This document shows positions 59,601 through 64,000 of a DNA stretch of 64,000 nt, piece by piece. The position numbers and the translations under genes are program-made. The notes under the pieces were generated by a model. It searched no databases. It had not been told where the DNA came from and was given only the letters and a program-made list of their open reading frames with translations. The first letter of the stretch is position 1; each line of letters opens with the position of its first letter. This DNA comes from a bacterium (GTDB lineage Bacteria; Patescibacteriota; Dojkabacteria; JAKAPS01; JAJZLI01), in contig JAKAWT010000001.1 of NCBI GenBank assembly GCA_021816845.1, positions 198,087-262,086 on the forward strand, given 5' to 3'.

Positions 59601-62370
59601 CATTTTCATTATCTATAGTTTGAGGTAGAGAATTTGTTGATGTTGCCCACGTTCCGGGTACTCCTCCAGTACCTATTTGTGCATATTCTATTGTAGATAG
59701 ATAATTACTACCAGTAAAACCCCCAATTTCATATATATATCCGTTATATACTATAGAGGCTGAATAATCAGTATTTTGAGGTAATGAATTGGTTGACGTA
59801 CTGAAAGTACCTGGTGCTCCGCCTGTACCTATAAGGGAATAGTCTACTGTATTTAAATAACTCCCATCATATCCGCCAAATACATAGATATACCCATTAT
59901 ACACTACTGAAGTATCGTGAGTTTGAGCATTAGGTAGAGAATTTGTTGATGTTGCCCACGTTCCAGGTACTCCTCCAGTACCTATTTGAGAATAATAAAC
60001 TGTTGATATACGTGCAGACGTTGTTCCGTCATACCCTCCAAGCTCATATATGTATCCTCCATATTCAACTGAGGTAGAAGAATTGATTTCTGCAGGAAGA
60101 GGGTTTGTTGCAGTAGTCCACGCACCTGGAGCTCCACCTGTACCTATAAGTGAGTAGTAAACTGCAGAAGATATTGCAGTACTACTAGTAGATCCTCCTA
60201 ATACATAAATATATCCTTGATACACCACTGAAGTTGCAAAATCCAGTCCCACAGGAAGAGCATTTGCTGCTGTTGCCCAAGTACCTGGTACACCTTGATT
60301 ATTAATCTGTGAATAGTAAACCGAAGATAAATAAGTTGAACCATTCAATCCACCTATATCATATATATATCCACCATATTCAACTGATGTGGAATATAGA
60401 ATAGATGCTGGCACAGCATTATTAGGGTTTACCCATGTACCTACTGTCCCGCCAGAAGCAGTTGGTGTATACTCTACTATAGTCACTGCAGCACTACCGT
60501 TATATCCACCCATATCATATATGTATCCGTTATATACAACTGAGGTAGTTCCAAACAAAGAAGTATTAAGGGATGTTGTAGCTGTCCATGACCCTAGTGT
60601 CCCTCCAGAGTTTATTGGTACATAATACACAGAATTTGTAGCAGCAGTAGTAAAGCCCCCTATCTCGTATATATATCCATTATATTCTACTGAAGTAGAA
60701 TTATATGTAGCAACAGGTAGGGAGGTTGTAGCTGCCCATGATGACCCTAGGGTACCATTAGAGTTTATAGGTATAGAATTTACCGTAGTCACTGCTGCAC
60801 TACCATTGTATCCTGCTATATCATATATATATCCGTTATATGCTATTGAGGTAGAGTTGTCCATCTTGACGGGCAGGGCTGTGGTAGAATTCCATGCTGA
60901 ACCTAAGGTACCATTAGAATTTATAGCTATATAATATACTGTAGTCACTGCTGCACCAGCAACATACCCTCCAATTTCGTAGATATAACCATTATATACT
61001 ACAGATGTAGCCGAATCTATAGAAGGAGAGAGAGATGTGGTAGAATTCCATGTACCTAATGCACCAGAAGATAATATTTGAGCGTAATACACAGCATTTG
61101 TAGATGTAGAACAAGAAGTATCTGTACACCCCCCGATTTCATATATATAACCATTGTATACTACAGACGTAGCGGAATTTAATGGTACAGGTATAGGAGT
61201 TGTAGTTATCCATGATGTACCTAACCCACCTGATGATAAAATCTGAGCATAATATACATTAGACAAGGTTGTCCCACCACTATTCTCACCACCGATCTCA
61301 TACACATATCCGTTATACTCCACAGATGTAGCATATTCATCAGTTTGGGGTAGTCCAGCGCTAGATAATAGTGGATTATTATTCCCTATGTTAATCCAAT
61401 TTAGATTTCCTGTATCTGTAAGGTATGAATTAGTGGTATTTATGTACTGAGCCATTGTTGACGACCCAATACCTCTATACACATTATATGAAGTTGCTCC
61501 CACTACAGGATTCCAAGATATTTTATTTTCTGACGTAGATCCTGTCGTGGTTACTGAAACTGCAGCTGATGGAGTAGTTTGCCCATAAGAAGTTAGAGCT
61601 GCAACTTCATAGTAATAAGTATTTGCAGATAAAGTTCCTCCCAAGAGTGATTGAGTTAAAGTTGTAGGAGCATTTGGAACAGGAGGAATAGTGAGTGTAA
61701 CAGTATTAGAACTAATACTCCCTGCAACCACATACAGATTATCAGTTCCTATAACAGAACCAGATGGTATTGTAAATACTATTTGAGTATTGGACCATGA
61801 TGTAACATCCCCTGTTGGGACTGTGTTACCTTGTATATTAATATTATTAGTTGATGTATCATAATTACCTGTACCAGGAGCACCAAATTCTGATCCATTT
61901 ATAGTAACACTTGTACCATCATATCCTGATGTAGGCGAAATTGAAGTTATACAAGGATTGATGGTAAATGCAAAAGATGCTGTACGATTTCCAATATTAA
62001 CATTTATATTCCCTGTAATAGTTCCTAAAGGTACCACTACTCCCGCTATTTGCGTATTAGACCAAGTATAGTTACTATTTGAAGGCGATGAACCATTTAC
62101 AGTAACAGTTGAAGAGCCCTGTGTTGATCCAAAATTTGATCCATTTATATTAATTGTATCTCCTACTCTTGCAGATGTAACAGACGTTGTAACAGTTGAT
62201 GAACATGCCGTTGCAGTAAGATCTACTGATGATATTGAAGGAGGCGGTCCAGCATATATAACACTTGTAATAAATATTAAGAATATAAGGAATATAGGTA
62301 TAGATATAAATAAAATCAAGCTATAGAATTTATTATATAGAATTTTATCTAAAAGTAGGCCTTTACCCAT
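56602..62370 (-). CDS. Giant (1922 aa) secreted surface protein: N-terminal signal anchor, Ig-like domains, about 15 Kelch-like 'NGYIYEIGG' repeats, two FN3-like modules, and a C-terminal WxL-like (YxV) motif
   Basis: Single uninterrupted ORF with N-terminal 'LILFISIPIFLIFLIFITSVIYA'. The repeats 'TSVVYNGYIYEIGGY...YYAQI...G.LG.W' are roughly 50 aa each. 'GATSYNVYRG' and 'GATSYKVYKG' are FN3-like. C-terminus 'SPGTYQTNIVYTVVSSF'. Confidence 0.6.
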   Translation of the reverse strand: MGKGLLLDKILYNKFYSLILFISIPIFLIFLIFITSVIYAGPPPSISSVDLTATACSSTVTTSVTSARVGDTININGSNFGSTQGSSTVTVNGSSPSNSNYTWSNTQIAGVVVPLGTITGNINVNIGNRTASFAFTINPCITSISPTSGYDGTSVTINGSEFGAPGTGNYDTSTNNINIQGNTVPTGDVTSWSNTQIVFTIPSGSVIGTDNLYVVAGSISSNTVTLTIPPVPNAPTTLTQSLLGGTLSANTYYYEVAALTSYGQTTPSAAVSVTTTGSTSENKISWNPVVGATSYNVYRGIGSSTMAQYINTTNSYLTDTGNLNWINIGNNNPLLSSAGLPQTDEYATSVEYNGYVYEIGGENSGGTTLSNVYYAQILSSGGLGTSWITTTPIPVPLNSATSVVYNGYIYEIGGCTDTSCSTSTNAVYYAQILSSGALGTWNSTTSLSPSIDSATSVVYNGYIYEIGGYVAGAAVTTVYYIAINSNGTLGSAWNSTTALPVKMDNSTSIAYNGYIYDIAGYNGSAAVTTVNSIPINSNGTLGSSWAATTSLPVATYNSTSVEYNGYIYEIGGFTTAATNSVYYVPINSGGTLGSWTATTSLNTSLFGTTSVVYNGYIYDMGGYNGSAAVTIVEYTPTASGGTVGTWVNPNNAVPASILYSTSVEYGGYIYDIGGLNGSTYLSSVYYSQINNQGVPGTWATAANALPVGLDFATSVVYQGYIYVLGGSTSSTAISSAVYYSLIGTGGAPGAWTTATNPLPAEINSSTSVEYGGYIYELGGYDGTTSARISTVYYSQIGTGGVPGTWATSTNSLPNAQTHDTSVVYNGYIYVFGGYDGSYLNTVDYSLIGTGGAPGTFSTSTNSLPQNTDYSASIVYNGYIYEIGGFTGSNYLSTIEYAQIGTGGVPGTWATSTNSLPQTIDNENAVIYNGYVYTVGGYDGTNTYQYVLWGYLNVPSTLNVAYTNTNQNTITWNALSGATSYKVYKGSSSGGETTYFLINNSVTTTFIDSGFNTPSSGSPPSSGGTAPTIASSSTSSVGGNIPYGTTYYYEVTGITSSGETLPSTEVSITANGTILTPTGVAVSTSSVSSSSITSGSWLNHNSINLGATISSPNNPDTLYLLVEVQPNGTAFTNSTTNFVTSGVGVYKSIAYSYSGTSIVASVTISGLPSNTQYHWQATVENADGVSSWVAMGGNPDFGIDTSSPISGGTNVIAWSGQPTALFSNGFESGTILTTSSPAGGWTSDGGTSLPLIQNNIQGHVLQGTYSVNMATSAAGTSYIANDTFNTSSAQVRMYINVSAVAFAATGDSITLMSISGASGTIATLNLLDTSSGPVLQATNSVGATSSQGTTILPLNTWNVIVFDLSISGTTGSIYTYLNGSQQVSLTSQNTGVSNMTTLTLGAVTDATSDSINMNMDNINVEDTSGLTQLAYGNPTPYTYTTPYFEFLGGYDQGSGITNYGVYFGQTATDYPVSTQTTEGYLSPSLTTSGMYYLNVVIYDNVGNTSLENVNFEYNFTPPPTAGAPNAPTSLEQLQSNGTTQITNDTWTTSGITTNVVFQFSMSSPNSTDTLTPEIELQQNGTAFTGTPNYSGTAVNYSGTAVTGIVDVTGLTNCTGYHWQAFVKNSSGLSSPVVFNSVNPNFSVSDSAPTAGTVYDGSVTGTETNTTASISSLGANWTGFSDTCSGLASTPYQVAVGTTPGGTNIYAYSSSSVVLNNPSPYNTVSLSSLPLHTGQTYYVSVQAINNAGLTTTVTSSGQYVVPTLSFSLNSSAVNLGDWNATNSYTTTNTSTLSVLTNAYNGYTISAYETSILTSLQNSSNTIPNFSAGSYASPASWPSGDYGFGYTSSATDINGVNLFSNGTLYAPFSQSGPGDVVAENQTNITGSNYTTTPTNYTITYKVAVQSIQSPGTYQTNIVYTVVSSF
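59490..61330 (-). repeat. Tandem array of about 15 diverged ~150-165-nt coding repeats (Kelch/propeller blades) inside the giant gene
   Basis: Recurrent DNA words (for example 'tatatatatccgttatat', 'gtacctatttg', 'gttgatgttgcccacgttcc') that encode the repeated NGYIY[ED]IGG / 'PGTWA' peptide units. Confidence 0.6.
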
Positions 62371-62484
62371 TGAGTTTGTATTTAATATATAAAAGACAGA
62401 TTATTATATTCTAACTTTTATAAGTGCTTATTTCAATATTTTTAAAAATTCAAAATATATTTTTGTTCTATTAAATTTGGAATT

Positions 62485-63597
62485 TTAATCCAGAGTTTTT
62501 AAAGTTTCAAATAACCTTTTCTCATCACTTGATAACTTTTTAGGAATGTCCACTTTGACTGTAACATATAGATCTCCAACACCTCTACCATGAAGGTAAG
62601 GGATACCTTTTTGTTTGACTCTAAAAATTTCCCCACTTTGAGTTCCCTGTGGAATTTTTAATTTTATTGGTCCATATAAAGTATCTACATCCAATACACC
62701 TCCAAGTACTGCAGTTGGGATATTAATATGAGAAACTACCTTTAGATTATTCCCATCTCTCTTGAATCTAGAATCAGGGTTAACCTTGATGTGAATATAC
62801 AAATCTCCACTAACTCCTCCATTCAATCCAGCTCCACCTTCACCTTGAAATTTTAAAACACTCTCATCATTTGCACCCTTTGGTATTTTTATAGTCATTT
62901 TCTTTAACTGCTTAACCCTTCCAGTTCCAGAACATGTACGGCATTTATCTTTTATTATCTTTCCAGCGCCCTTACATGTAGAACATACCTCTGAGACTGC
63001 AACATTTCCAAAAAAACTTTGAGAGATTTTTCTTACATGACCAGTACCTTTACATGTTGGACATGTCTCAGTTTTTAAAGTTGAAGACCCAGTACCTTTA
63101 CACACAGTACATTTTACCATTGCATAAAAAGAAAGTTGCTTTTCTGCACCGAAAACTATGTCCTTAAGGTCAACATTTATATATATCTCCATATCATCAC
63201 CAGATAAATCTACAGACTCTGATCTACTTGATCCTTGTTGAGAAAATCCTCCACCAAAAAGATCTGAGAATATATCCTCAAACCCTCCAAAATTTGCACT
63301 AGAGGATTCATATCTAAAGCCACCAGTGGAACCACCAGTCTGCCCTCCAGAAGTATACCCACCACCAGGACCTCCTTGTTGGTTTGCAAAATCAGCGTTT
63401 CCGAATCTATCATAACTAGCTCTTTTTTGTGGATCAGACAAAACTGAATATGCTTCATTAATCTCTTTAAATTTTTTATCATCTGCAGATTTATTCTTAT
63501 CTGGGTGATGTTCTCCTGCAAGCTTTCTATATGCTCTTTTTATTTCTTTTATATCCGCATCACGTGATACACCTAAAATTTTATAATAATCATCCAT
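62485..63597 (-). CDS. dnaJ: Chaperone DnaJ (Hsp40)
   Basis: J-domain '[33 protein letters not shown]', a G/F-rich region, four CxxCxGxG zinc-finger repeats and a C-terminal domain. No dnaK or grpE adjacent. Confidence 0.9.
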   Translation of the reverse strand: MDDYYKILGVSRDADIKEIKRAYRKLAGEHHPDKNKSADDKKFKEINEAYSVLSDPQKRASYDRFGNADFANQQGGPGGGYTSGGQTGGSTGGFRYESSSANFGGFEDIFSDLFGGGFSQQGSSRSESVDLSGDDMEIYINVDLKDIVFGAEKQLSFYAMVKCTVCKGTGSSTLKTETCPTCKGTGHVRKISQSFFGNVAVSEVCSTCKGAGKIIKDKCRTCSGTGRVKQLKKMTIKIPKGANDESVLKFQGEGGAGLNGGVSGDLYIHIKVNPDSRFKRDGNNLKVVSHINIPTAVLGGVLDVDTLYGPIKLKIPQGTQSGEIFRVKQKGIPYLHGRGVGDLYVTVKVDIPKKLSSDEKRLFETLKTLD

Positions 63598-63855
63598 AGC
63601 GAAAATATTTTAGCATATAAGTCAATAATCTGATAGTCTGTTTATGTCATTTAATCTTAACATTAATCAACTGGTTCTTGATTCTTTACCAATTGTTTCA
63701 TAAGGGATATCATATATTCATGATATAATGGGACCATGGCAAAATATATGTATGTAAAAGAAATTCACACTAGAAAACCTCTAATTTTCAAGGTTAGAAT
63801 TCCTCTGAGCTATCCAAAATTAAAAATACCACATATCGGTTTTAAAAAAAGAAAG

Positions 63856-64000
63856 ATGTTTCAAAGAAGAAAGTTAAGATTTAATTATGGATCTATATTT
63901 TTAATAGTAATAGGTGGATTTTTTGTATTTATAGCAGCATCACCACTCATTAAATACTATATAGATACAAACCTTTTGCATAAATATCAGACTGCTATAG
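63856..64000 (+). CDS. 5' end of an ORF encoding an N-terminally anchored protein (runs off the window)
   Basis: ATG at 63856 encodes 'MFQRRKLRFNYGSIFLIVIGGFFVFIAASPLIKYYIDTNLLHKYQTAI', a basic N-terminus plus TM, as in type II membrane proteins such as sortases or signal peptidases. Only 48 codons are visible. Confidence 0.3.
   Translation, partial: MFQRRKLRFNYGSIFLIVIGGFFVFIAASPLIKYYIDTNLLHKYQTAI

Noticed and set aside
1-64000. Alternative genetic code (UGA=Gly, as in some low-GC candidate phyla)
   Set aside because: Conserved genes (tuf, secY, rplB, pnp, infB) are full length with in-frame TGA, TAA and TAG all behaving as stops in the standard table. No evidence for recoding.
1-64000. 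CRISPR arrays, transposases, integrases, prophage genes
   Set aside because: No direct-repeat/spacer periodicity and no recognisable transposase, integrase or phage structural motifs were seen. The only notable DNA repeats are the coding blade repeats in the giant surface gene and the 15-nt repeat in infB.

Overview
Low-GC (roughly 30%) bacterial chromosomal window, standard genetic code; conserved genes are full length with TAA/TAG/TGA as stops. Its backbone is a long minus-strand ribosomal-protein operon (tuf, S10, L3 through L15, secY, 14915-26920) with no L30 gene, and then adk and map after an insertion of two plus-strand membrane sensor-like genes. Further housekeeping genes are ftsK, an FtsA-like fragment, rpsO-pnp, nusA-infB, RNase J, dnaJ, a P-type ATPase, an ECF sigma factor, three tRNA-Ser and one tRNA-Arg. 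Lysine-rich extensions on S17, L23, L4, L29 and NusA, the missing L30 and a broken secY-adk-map-infA order suggest a reduced-genome lineage such as Candidate Phyla Radiation/Patescibacteria, but this cannot be proven from sequence alone. Two loci stand out. (1) 3222-8118, a tight three-gene operon: ThiF/E1-like adenylyltransferase with an N-terminal Cys-containing extension, a PaaK/F390-synthetase-like adenylate-forming ligase, and a polytopic sensor histidine kinase with no response regulator. (2) 52501-62370, a five-gene minus-strand surface-protein cluster: two paralogous C-terminally anchored beta-sandwich proteins, a Thr-rich secreted protein, a 1922-aa Kelch/FN3-repeat giant and an LPxTG-like (LPTF) anchored protein. 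Two of these share a C-terminal GTYxTNxxYxVV motif resembling the WxL cell-wall-binding domain of Firmicutes csc/WxL loci with Trp replaced by Tyr. Other oddities are a stand-alone Lon-type AAA+ module lacking N-terminal and protease domains, a peroxiredoxin-fold protein without the peroxidatic Cys, an in-frame HGN tandem repeat in infB, and a tRNA-Arg with apparent anticodon GCG. No CRISPR array, transposase or integrase was seen.
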